A stretch of 63,959 nt of DNA, filler included, from Calcarisporiella thermophila CBS 279.70 (taxonomy: Eukaryota; Fungi; Calcarisporiellomycota): assembly GCF_041956535.1 (NCBI RefSeq). It is 5 parts of 5 records of this genome, joined end to end, with 100 filler letters (N's around TTAATTAATTAA, not from the genome) between each part and the next. Parts side by side here need not be neighbours in the genome. Positions count along the whole stretch, not along the records: positions 50,071 to 62,229 come from NW_027192218.1; 4 more parts are not named here. One strand, given 5' to 3'. The position numbers were made by a program, and so were the translations under genes. Below, one piece after another: positions 51,920-62,329 of this stretch (position 1 is its first letter; each line of letters opens with the position of its first letter). The notes beneath the pieces were generated by a model, which saw only the letters and a program-made list of their open reading frames with translations, made no database searches and had not been told where the DNA came from.

Positions 51920-52921
51920 GCTACGGAGACTTTTATTAGTTACCGTAGCTTACAAGAGTCTAATGATTACAATGAAAAAAGAAAGGGGGGAATAAAGGGG
52001 TTGAGATATAGTTAGGTGGCAAGGTGGAACTTAGGTTTTGACCATTTATGTTAGCCCAGAAAAGAAGAGAAGAGAAGGAAGCAAAGAAACGCAAGGGGGT
52101 AAGAACATAAAGAAGGTGATAAACGTGGAGTAAGGGAGTAAAGGGTAGAGTAGATGTATATAGTGATCGGGTATTTGGTGAAAGATATGGAGTAAAGAGG
52201 AGGGGAGGAGGTAAAGAGCGGATTGGGAGAGAGGAAGGGTTGCTTCGTCACTCCAGTTTTAGTCTTGCTCTATCCGAACTTTCTATTACCGCTCCCTGAC
52301 CGCACCACCTTCTTCGGAATAACTCTATCTCTCGTCTTTTTTGTGCCTTTATCAGTTCAGCTCCGATAGCCGCCTCGATGTCCATTTTGGCACGGACGAT
52401 GATTGTCTCGGGTGATGCTCGAATGCATTCGAAGTGGTAGGCTATTCGGTCCCGATGGATTTGCCATAGCACCGAATCGAAGACGATTTGAGCCGCGTGT
52501 CTTACTGTCCTCGGGGCTTCTGGTAGGTCGCCAAGTACGAGGTTCCTGGGGCTCAGCACCTGAGTGTTTAGGGGGCCTGAGATGGCGTTGATACACCTTT
52601 CCGTCCAATGCCACACTGATGTGAGTTCGGGACATTTGAAGAAGGTATGACGGATGGTGTCCCTCGGAGCGTTACAGCGGGTACATTTCGGGTCATGACC
52701 GGGGAATGTCGAGTTTGTAATCACACGCTCTACGAGGATTCGCCAGCGTAGTGTGCAGTGCTTTGGGAGTGTTGGCCGTTTTTGAATGGAGGTCCAGACC
52801 TTTTCCCATTCCTTTGCCGTGGATGCAACCTCTGGTCAGGATTGGGGCGTCAGCGTTTCTGGTTCCGGAGAACCATTTCGCTAGAAGTGTCTTCCCCGTC
52901 GGATGGAGTATTCCAGGACGT
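51920..52921 (-). mobile_element. 5'-truncated L1/Tx1-like LINE, family 1
   Basis: zf-RVT-like LWRIL...CTRC...DTIRHTFFKCP C-terminus; near-identical to 59591-60204; pyrimidine-rich 3' UTR. Confidence 0.9.
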
Positions 52922-52933
52922 TGCACTAAAAAA

Positions 52934-53272
52934 TTTTTTTTGATCAATTAATGGAAACTTTTATTTAATTTCCATATATTATATGAAGTTAATGTCAATG
53001 GACTTAACATAATGAGATATAGGTCCTTGATCGATAGGCGTGCAATCGATATGCGTGTATCGTAGTTGTCGTGAATAGCATGTACGTGAAACCAATGTAA
53101 TCTTTGTACTTATCGTAAGGGCGATCTTTTCAATAATCAAGACTCAGCTTCTGATCAAGTGGATAGCAGCCACAAACTAAGAGTAAGTGCTGGTGGGTGA
53201 AGTGGGATTCGAACCCACGCCGTTCTCATCGGCATCCCAGGGATAGTCCACTACACTAACCCTCCCCCGCCC
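52934..53272 (-). mobile_element. SINE family 1, full length, TSD tgcactaaaa
   Basis: Reverse complement of 50208-50541; TSD at 52922-52931 and 53273-53282. Confidence 0.9.
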
Positions 53273-53353
53273 TGCACTAAAATTTGGGGCCGTTCATAGA
53301 AGCAAAAAAAATCTCAGATCTGTAGTATTTTTTGAAAAAATTTTACAAAAAGG

Positions 53354-53426
53354 GTTCCTATGGTCTAGTGGTTAGGACATTCGCTTTACACGCGAAGGAT
53401 CGCCGGTTCGAACCCGGCTAGGGACA
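53354..53426 (+). tRNA. tRNA-Val(TAC)
   Basis: Acceptor stem GTTCCTA/TAGGGAC, anticodon arm TTCGC-TTTACAC-GCGAA, T-run terminator. Confidence 0.95.
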
Positions 53427-54404
53427 CTTTTTCTCATTCTTATTTTTACTTTTACTTTATATTAATTAGTAAACTATGCAGAATACATATAAATCATACA
53501 TTTTTTATTTATTTATACTCTCACAGCATAGGTGTGCTTTGTAAAAACTCGTTTAAATATTGTAACCCTATAATTTTTTTCACGGCTCCATATATAAAAT
53601 CTTCAACTTATAGATGGAGTTGAGAGCGGATATTTTTGTAAGTTTAAAAAAAAAGAGAGCATGTGGAAAATATTTTTACCGCTACATAACTTTAAGGAGT
53701 TTAACCGTTTGAAATTGCCAAAGTTACATTATGTGAGATATGATTGCGTAGGCTTTCAAAAACATTGTGAGAAAAATATGTATACTAAATTGTAAATTAT
53801 GATTCGACGTCTATAAAGTAATGATTGAAAACTATACGCAAATTACTACAATAAATAATATTTAGGAGAACATTTGAAAATATTTGGTATTTGTGATAAG
53901 ATTTTATTATTTGGTATAAACTCAATAGAACTTTTTTTCATTTTATGTGAAAGTGAGCAATATGACTTTTGACGTGTCGCAGAAGACAATCGCTTAGTGC
54001 AATAACATGACCAAGCTATCTACTACAATACTTTCTAACATAATATATGAAAACAGGACAAATTTAGATTCTAACCAAGCCAAACTCCACTAAAGGAGCA
54101 TCTAGAACATGGACCAAGTTGAAACCTGATTTTATTATTTTTTCTTTATTGACCGGCTTCTTTCTGTTTTAATCGAATATAGTAACTTCAGATTTACATT
54201 TTATAATAGCATACCAATTTTTTGATTTTTTTTATTAATCCCTCTTTATCAAACAGAGTTTGTTTATTTTTCTCTATTCTGTACTTAATATCAAGCTACC
54301 TCACAGACCTAACTTTTAGGCTAATTTCAGGTAGAGGCCCTTATGTAATAAAAATAGGCCTATGGTGAACTTTGGATTGAAATAGAAAAATATCAAAAAA
54401 ATTG

Positions 54405-54488
54405 TCCGGCCACCCGGATTCGAACCAGGGACCTAAAGATTGCCAACGATACTACAGTCTTCCGCTCTACCAGCTGAGCTATAGCCGG
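54405..54488 (-). tRNA. tRNA-Tyr(GTA) with an 11-nt intron
   Basis: CCGGCTATAGCTCAGCTGGTAGAGCG...CTGTAG[tatcgttggca]ATCTTT...GGTTCGAATCC; canonical intron position. Confidence 0.95.
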
Positions 54489-54559
54489 ATCACGGTCTTT
54501 CTGTCAAGAAGTTTATTCTTTATATGGGAACTTATAATAGCAGTCACACAGACAGTCAC

Positions 54560-54748
54560 ACTTACACTTACATCTGCTCCTTCCCTTGTTCAGCGTCCTA
54601 ATGTCTCCACCTCTTATCTTATACACATCACGGACTTTATACACCCTTAAATTCTTGCATGGATTTCTTTTCTTCTGATGTTTATCAATTGCTTTTTTAA
54701 GAATGAAAAAGGATACTTTTAATAAAGATCCTCTCAACAAAAAAAAAA
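54560..54748 (+). mobile_element. Short LINE 3' tail (family 3/4-like); left boundary approximate
   Basis: Ends aaaaaggatacttttaataaagatcctctcaac(A)10, resembling the tails at 62150-62188 and reverse complement 58427-58470. Confidence 0.55.
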
Positions 54749-55166
54749 TGCACATAGGAACTCTAAGTCCTATGTATGCATTACACGAGTTTTGCACCAT
54801 CTTTTGCAAGCCTAATGCTTGTGTTTATTGCATCTGTGCTTTATTTCTTTATATTACTAGTTAAGCTGGTTAGCATTTTATAATATTTGATCTCAATATT
54901 CTATAGCTTGATACTATATTTTGACGGTATTTTTGGTATAATCACCGACTAAAACTTTTACCGTCAGAAAATATTGTTGTATTGCTTTTGCCAATTTTTT
55001 CAATACCTAGCAAAATTATGCCCATCTAATCCATTGAGAGTTATGATCTAAGTGCATTCCCACCAAAAAACTTTATTTCAATTCAAAAGATATAACACAC
55101 AGCTTATAGGATCATCACCGCATTAAGGACAATTCTCCTAATATTAGGTTGGGACTCACCCGCTTT

Positions 55167-55978
55167 TTACACCTCATCAAATTGCCATTGCTGTTTTATA
55201 TTATTGGGGAAATCCTAACATAATTAGATATTCACACAATCGGTGTTATAAATTATCTCGGATTTTAATAACATATTGTGCAAAATACTCAAACTCTTAC
55301 TATCAGCTCTGTTACCACAATCTTTGTACCATCGTCGAATTTATTGTCGTGCACTGCAAGACAGACTTTGGGATCGAAGGGCTGTAGATATTCATAATTG
55401 TAGCTGTATGAACAAATTAAATAGAGTTATTTTCTCATTTTTCGCAGCTGATAACACTTCGAATTCTAATGCCACAAATATTAATACTAGCAACTGGTAT
55501 ACATACGCCCAGAGCTGATTTATACTCGTTGGTGGCTCTCTCCTTTTTGCCTGTACTATATCTGACCCAGGTTTCAGGTTTCCTCCACCAATGCCTCCCT
55601 GAACTTCCAGAACAAAGCCAGTTTCTTTGTTGATAATATAGCCATCCTCGTATCTAAATAAGAATATAGTTAGTAATTTAGACCCTAATTTTTTTTTATG
55701 TTTGAGGCTGGATAGAGATACGATTTAGTTAATAACTCGAAAGAGGAGATTATTATAATTAAGGCAAAAATATTTTAGAGTATTTGAAAGGATAGATGAA
55801 GATATCAATGAATTAAGAAGATTCTAGATATTTACTTCCACAACTGGTTATCATTGAGCAAAGACTTCCTGTGCCAAAGAATAATATTTGCCCCTTCTTT
55901 TTTACTATGGTCCTTAACGTCGAGGACTTTTCCACTAAACACGTTCCGAATGAAAAAATATCCTTCAGGAAAAGACAT
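55167..55978 (-). CDS. Ricin-B (beta-trefoil) lectin-like protein, 4 exons, absent from the ORF track
   Basis: MSFPEGYFFIRNVFSGKVLDV...DNQLW..YEDGYIINKETGFVLEV...INQLW...KQQWQFDEV; three QxW repeats; no signal peptide. Confidence 0.85.
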
Positions 55979-56769
55979 CGTATCGTAAATTTAGCTACTT
56001 AAATTTGCTTTTTGAATAGTAAATAAATCGATCGAAAGTGATCATTTTATATATCATGATTAATTACTGACTTGGACTATATGCACTAATCATGTGTTCG
56101 CTTGGATTAATATTTTACGGTTCAATTAGAAAAATTGAAGTTTAATAAATTATATAATTTTACCCGGTTGATCAGAAAATTTGCTTAATAATGAATGTAT
56201 TAGCGATACGGCGTGAGAGCACAACATCTTACATGCACGCAATTTTTTGCCAGATGGTGAAAAATTCCTCGTATGCGATAGATGGAATCAATACCCGATA
56301 TACTGAATTACCATATCCGATTTTGGAGTAAAAGTATCCGAAATGGCATATGTATATTCACATAAATCAAATACCACTTAACCCAAGATATTCATTCACG
56401 TATCAACCTTAATATAAAACTCTATATTATTTATACAAACTTCAGAACTATTTCTCATTAAGGCTGACTATGCAAGATCACCTAAAAACTCTATACTTTG
56501 AACTGATGAGAATAAAGCCAAACAAATTAAAGTTGTTCTCAATAGCTTTATTACTGGGTTTTGTCTCTAATTTTTTAACAACCTTTCAACAAAGCATTTT
56601 CCTTTTCCTTATGCATACCACATTTCATTTTCATCTCTCTTCTTTTATAAACAGTATACAGTATAGTTAAACCGTGGGAGAAATGAATCTTCGACGAAGC
56701 GTGTGCAGATTCGCACGGCACTTGGTATACATTAATAATTTAAGCCTAAGGTAGTATTAAAACTATTTC

Positions 56770-58764
56770 AAGTGCTTGGTTCATAGGAAATGAGAAAAAG
56801 AAAGGGAAAGATTAAGAGCAAAAGCTACAACATAAAAGGCAAGGGTAAAGCCAGTAGGATTGAATGGAATCAGGGGAAGTATATGTATTAATCGATATTG
56901 TGTGAAGGATAGTATAGATAGGTGCAGAGTTGTTATGGAGTGGTATGGGAAACAAGAATTAATAAGAAAAAAAGGTTTCATTAAATAACTACAGAGTAAA
57001 AAAAAAAAAGAAAAAATGGCAGGGGAAATGAGATAAGCCATTGTATCATTTCAGTTCAACAGTTCCTTATAATCTCGCACCTCTTATTCACTTCTTTCTC
57101 TGGAACCAATCAAGCTCTCGCCGCTTCCGTACTCATAACGATTCTGCTCCTATGACCTCCTCGAAATTATGTTTAGCACCCCCGGTAATAATATGGTGAG
57201 AAAATCGATATTATAAAAGTGGAAAACGATTTGGTCCCGCTTTATTTGCCAGAATACCGAGTAAAGTGCAAGTTTGGCGCCACGTCTTGTCGGTATTTGA
57301 AGTCTCAAATATATCACCAAGTAGCTGGTATCGGTCAGCTAATGCTTGGGTAGCCTATGGCAATGCGATGGCAAGGGTCCATCATTTCGCATTTGGGGTA
57401 TTTGTATCTAATAATAATGTATTCCACAAGAATCCGACAATTTAGTTAATGGCAGCATCGGCCTTTTCTTTTCCTTTAGGGCGCAATTACTTGAGTCCTT
57501 TGATTTATTTATAGTATATTGTAAAAGTTACGGAAGGTTTTGAACTAGATCATTAAGTACTAATACACCTTTATCCATTCCTGCTTGAATCTTTCTTTGA
57601 TTTTTTTTCTGTGCTTGTACATATTGCCCTTTGATTGCACGAAATAAATCAGATAGAAAGATAGATTTGAGAGTAATACAATGCTCTTGGGCATCCATGA
57701 CAATTGCAACCCTCTTTTCCTATATATTCCATACTATAGTAACGTATAGAAGCATGGCGATTTGTCAGTTTTCCTTGCGTCTCCTTGTGGAAACTGATGA
57801 GTTGCTCGTATCACTGGACGTGCATCCAGGGCTTATCTAGGATCCTCTGATGGAGTATATTGAATCACCTCTAAAGGTCGCCAATTCTCGCATATTCAGA
57901 GAAGTCGTGTATTATGGTCTCTATCTCTTCTCGTTGGCATCCCTTGCAGTCAGTGCTGGACTGGTCAAAGTGTTGAGCAGTTTTTGCAGTGACTAGCTTA
58001 AGTTTGTAAGATATGCTATAGAAGGATACAGTACTTTGATTCATATGGGAGTCTGGGCTAGTTATTCCAGGTTAAACTCCGAAACCCACTAGGTCACCCG
58101 GGGACGACGAGTAAGTCCCCTTTTTTTAAAAAAAGGGCCATTATTGAAAAGTATCTTATCCTTGTAAGAGGTAGGGTAGCGTCTACGTCAATAACACTCA
58201 GGCAATGCTCCTGGTTTACTTTGAGAGAAAACGGAGAGATAGGAAAAAGAGGAAAATAGGAGAAGTCTGCAATAGTATTATGATGTATTACTCATGTACA
58301 TGAAATAGAAGAACAAGGGTAACACATAAAGGAAAAAAGATAAAGGAACTGACTTTGATCTACAGCAGAGGTGGGTAGGGTGCGGATCTCAAGTGGTTAG
58401 GTTAAGACGGCGAAAATGGTCCCATCTTTTTTTTGAGATTAATGGGCCATTATTGAAAAGTATCCTTTTTAGTTAATAAAGTGACTCGACAGTCCTCAAA
58501 AACAAGAAATACATGTAAGCAATGGTTGGGCGTGTGAATACCAACCTACTTTTCAAGGAAGGTAGTATACAAGAAAAGAAAGGAATAAAAAACAAAAAAA
58601 ATAAAAGGAAAATTGGAATGCGGGTGGTAGGGTATTCGGCAAGGTCGTATTGGAGCTAAGTGTTTTGGTTGAAGCATATTCCGTCTCCTTAAACTTGTAT
58701 CCAACTTCCCTTACACCAAAGTTCTTGAAAATCCTCTTTCTTATCCTTTATGGGCGCTGGCCAC
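56770..58764 (-). mobile_element. Stack of four 5'-truncated LINE 3' fragments, all on the minus strand
   Basis: About 56770-57330 family 1-like; 57464-58115 homologous to 60528-61375; 58121-58410 tail homologous to 62090-62188; 58427-58764 with TSD cgaaaatgg(t/c)cccatc at 58411-58426 and 58765-58780. Confidence 0.8.
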
Positions 58765-59431
58765 CGAAAATGGCCCCATCNNNNNNNNNNNNNNNNNNNN
58801 NNNNNNNNNNNNNNNNNNNNNNNNNNNNNNNNNNNNNNNNNNNNNNNNNNNNNNNNNNNNNNNNNNNNNNNNNNNNNNNNNNNNNNNNNNNNNNNNNNNN
58901 NNNNNNNNNNNNNNNNNNNNNNNNNNNNNNNNNNNNNNNNNNNNNNNNNNNNNNNNNNNNNNNNNNNNNNNNNNNNNNNNNNNNNNNNNNNNNNNNNNNN
59001 NNNNNNNNNNNNNNNNNNNNNNNNNNNNNNNNNNNNNNNNNNNNNNNNNNNACACTCTTATTACAAAACAATTATGATGATCTTTTAGAATTAAAAAAGA
59101 AATTATTTAATTTAGATCTCTTCTTATTTAATAAAAAATCCAATATTAAAAATTATATATGAAATTTTACATGTTATTCTCCAACGGATATGTAATTATT
59201 ATATCGTGAAAATTTTTTGTATAGATTTTGTATAGACTTCGCTAATATTACTATATCTTATGAAAATATCCTACAAAACAAATATTCAGTTGGAGTATTG
59301 GAGTAAACTCAAAGTTTTTACTTTTCCTGTGAGCAGAATGTAGTCAGTCAAGGATCGCGATAAACTCTGTACTAGCAAGATAAAATAGATATAATTTTCA
59401 ATAGATTTCATGGGAAAATAAAAATACAAAG

Positions 59432-59505
59432 TGCTCGTGACAGGGATCGAACCTGTGACCTTGGCGTTATTAGCGCCACGCTATAACCAACTTAGCTACA
59501 CGAGC
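59432..59505 (-). tRNA. tRNA-Ile(AAT)
   Basis: 74-nt cloverleaf, anticodon arm TGGCG-CTAATAA-CGCCA, GGTTCGATCC. Confidence 0.95.
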
Positions 59506-59590
59506 TCGAACTATGTTTTGTCACGTGAATTTGTACATAACTATAATGACTTTTTACAATTTTTTGAGAGCGATGAGGTCCCAAAAACGG

Positions 59591-60204
59591 GACACCATCC
59601 GCCACACCTTCTTCGAATGTCCCAAACTCACATCAGTGTGGCATTGGACGGAAAGGTGTATCAACGCCATCTCAGGCCCCCTAAACACTCAGGTGCTGAG
59701 CCCCAGGAACCTCGTACTTGGCGACCTACCAGAAGCCCCGAGGACAGTAAGACACGCGGCTCAAATCGTCTTCGATTCGGTGCTATGGCAAATCCATCGG
59801 GACCGAATCGCCTACCATTTCGAATGCATTCGAGCATCACCCGAGACAATCATCGTCCGTGCCAAAATGAATATCGAGGAGGCTATCGGAGGTGAACTGA
59901 TAAAGGCACGTAAAAGACGAGAGATAGAGTTATTCCGAAGAAGGTGGTGCGGTCAGGGAGCGGTAATAGAAAGTTCGGATAGAGCAAGACTAAAACTGGA
60001 GTGACGAAGCAACCCTTCCTCTCTCCCAATCCGCTCTTTACCTCCTCCCCTCCTCTTTACTTCATACCTTTCACTAAATACCCGATCACTATATACATCT
60101 AATTTACCCTTTATTCCCCCCTTTCTTATTTCATTGTAATCATTAAACTCTTGTAAGCTACGGAAACTAATAAAAGTCTCCGTTGATTGATCAAAAAAAA
60201 AAAA
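59591..60204 (+). mobile_element. 5'-truncated LINE family 1, 19-bp TSD
   Basis: ORF2 C-terminus, 3' UTR, poly(A); TSD gatgaggtcccaaaaacgg at 59572-59590 and 60205-60223. Confidence 0.9.
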
Positions 60205-60218
60205 GATGAGGTCCCAAA

Positions 60219-60513
60219 AACGGCGTGGGTTCGAATCCCGCTTCCCCCACCAGCACTTACTCTTAGTTTGTGACTGCTGTCCACTTGATCAGAAATTGAG
60301 TCTTCATTATTGAAAGCATCCCTCCTACGATAAGTTCAAAGCTTACATCGGTTTCACGTACATGCTATTCACGACAACTACGATACACGCATATCGATTG
60401 AACGCCTATCGATCACGGACCTATATCTTGCTATGTTAAGTCCATTGACATTAACTTCATGTAATATATGGAAATTAAATAAAAAGTTTCCATTGAAGAT
60501 CAAAAAAAAAAAA
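60219..60513 (+). mobile_element. SINE family 1, 5'-truncated, 14-bp TSD
   Basis: B box retained; TSD gatgaggtcccaaa at 60205-60218 and 60514-60527. Confidence 0.9.
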
Positions 60514-60527
60514 GATGAGGTCCCAAA

Positions 60528-61375
60528 TATAGCTGGCGTCAATATCAAGCTTTATTCTATCAAGTTTGGCAGACTATACCAGATACCACCAGATCAAGTA
60601 GGGGTAACCAGAGAATGGGTGCATGTCAGATGAAGGAGCGTGGAGACGAGCTTGGAAGAGCTGGCCGAGACGCCCAAGCGAGCCAAAGCAAAGGATTCTT
60701 CGATGGCGTATACTTCAACATAAGTTAATCACAGCAAGAATTGCTCAACACTTCGACCATTCTATCCCCAACTACAAGAGATGCCGACGAGAAGAGGTAG
60801 AGATCATTGAACACGCGTACTTTGAATGAGCGAGAATTGGAGACCTTTGGAAGTGGTTTGACAGACTCCATCAAAAGATCCTCGATAAGCCCTGGACAAG
60901 CATGCAAAAGTATGAGAAGCTCTTCGGATTCCACAAGGAGACGCAAGGCAAAGGTCGACAAGTCTCCATGTTGTTACACGACATCATGGTCTGAAGAATA
61001 TATAAGGCCAGGATCACAACTGTCATGGACAACCAAGAACATGGGGACATCGCATTCAAGTGTATCTTTTTATCAGATCTACTCATAGCAATCAAAGAAC
61101 AATGGATACAAGCACAGAGGAATAAAGCTGAAGAAAATTTCAAGCAGAAATGGGGAAAGAGCTCGCTAATCCGGATGGATGATAACAATGAAGTAGTTTT
61201 CGATATTGAGGAAGCAAAAAATACATAATTTGATCCACTTGAGCACGGAACTCTTTAAGTTTCATCCCTTGTTTTTTAGTACTTAATTATCTTATTCGGA
61301 AGTATCCTTCACATTTGTAATATATATTAAATAAACCACAGGACGCAAGTTCTCACGTCCTTAGAGGAAAAAAAA
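60528..61375 (+). mobile_element. 5'-truncated LINE, family 2
   Basis: WRILQHKLITA...KRCRREEVEIIEHAYFE zf-RVT-like region, degenerate; poly(A) end; second copy at 57464-58115. Confidence 0.85.
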
Positions 61376-61394
61376 GCGATAGGGCCGCAATGTT

Positions 61395-61747
61395 GGGTGG
61401 GGGGAAGTAGCTTAGTGGTGAAATAGTCCATGGAGCCATCGATGACGATGGCGCGGGTTCGAATCCCGCTACCCCCACCCAGCACACCTGTGCCTGGACT
61501 ATCCACTATCCCAGTCTGGCTCTCTCACCTCTCTTGTAACTTTTGCCAGTAATTGGCTATAACCTTCACAAAATCATACAACCTTTGATTCATTTTTCAC
61601 CATCTATATTCTGTTAAAAATTGTCAAAAAAAACATCTCAAAAAAGGCTGGCCAGAAGCATAATCTGGGTGATTTTTGACGTAGAAGGCAACCCTGCCTT
61701 TCACTTGTAAAGGAGACTTTGCAATAAAGGTTCTTAGTTAAAAAAAA
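61395..61747 (+). mobile_element. tRNA-derived SINE family 2, 13-bp TSD
   Basis: A box TAGCTTAGTGG, B box GGTTCGAATCCC, poly(A); TSD gggccgcaatgtt at 61382-61394 and 61752-61764. Confidence 0.8.
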
Positions 61748-61764
61748 GGGGGGGCCGCAATGTT

Positions 61765-62188
61765 CTGTGATCTTTACCTAGGACGCCTCTGATCATCAAA
61801 CCTCAGTCCCGACTCCGTCTTGAGAACCACACCCAACCTCTCACTGCTTTATATTAATATCTTTTTTTTTTCTTCTCTTTCTTCATTATACATGTACATA
61901 TGCAACTTATCTTAATACTGTTGCACACACCTTATTATATCACTCCCTCTCACAAATATTCCTTTCTCTTTCTTGATTACCCTAATTTCTGTTCCCCTTT
62001 TCCTAGTTCTTTCCTTTTCACCTTTTCTCTCTTCTTCTTTCACATACACTATTTTTTGTTCTTTTTCCTTCTAACTTCCAGATCCTTCGAGGTAGGCCAG
62101 GAGCATTACCTGGGTGATTTTGACGTAAATCCATCCTACCTTTTGACAGGATAGGATGCTTTTCAATAAAGATCCTTTGTTAAAAAAA
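61765..62188 (+). mobile_element. LINE family 3, 3' UTR fragment
   Basis: Pyrimidine-rich, poly(A), followed by a diverged TSD copy ggggaccgcattgtt; homologous to reverse complement 58121-58410. Confidence 0.7.
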
Positions 62189-62329
62189 GGGGGGACCGCA
62201 TTGTTGAAAAAAAAAAGAGATAAGGCCACNNNNNNNNNNNNNNNNNNNNNNNNNNNNNNNNNNNNNNNNNNNNTTAATTAATTAANNNNNNNNNNNNNNN
62301 NNNNNNNNNNNNNNNNNNNNNNNNNNNNN

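Noticed and set aside
58650-59162. ORFs spanning the N gap
   Set aside because: Artefacts of translating Ns
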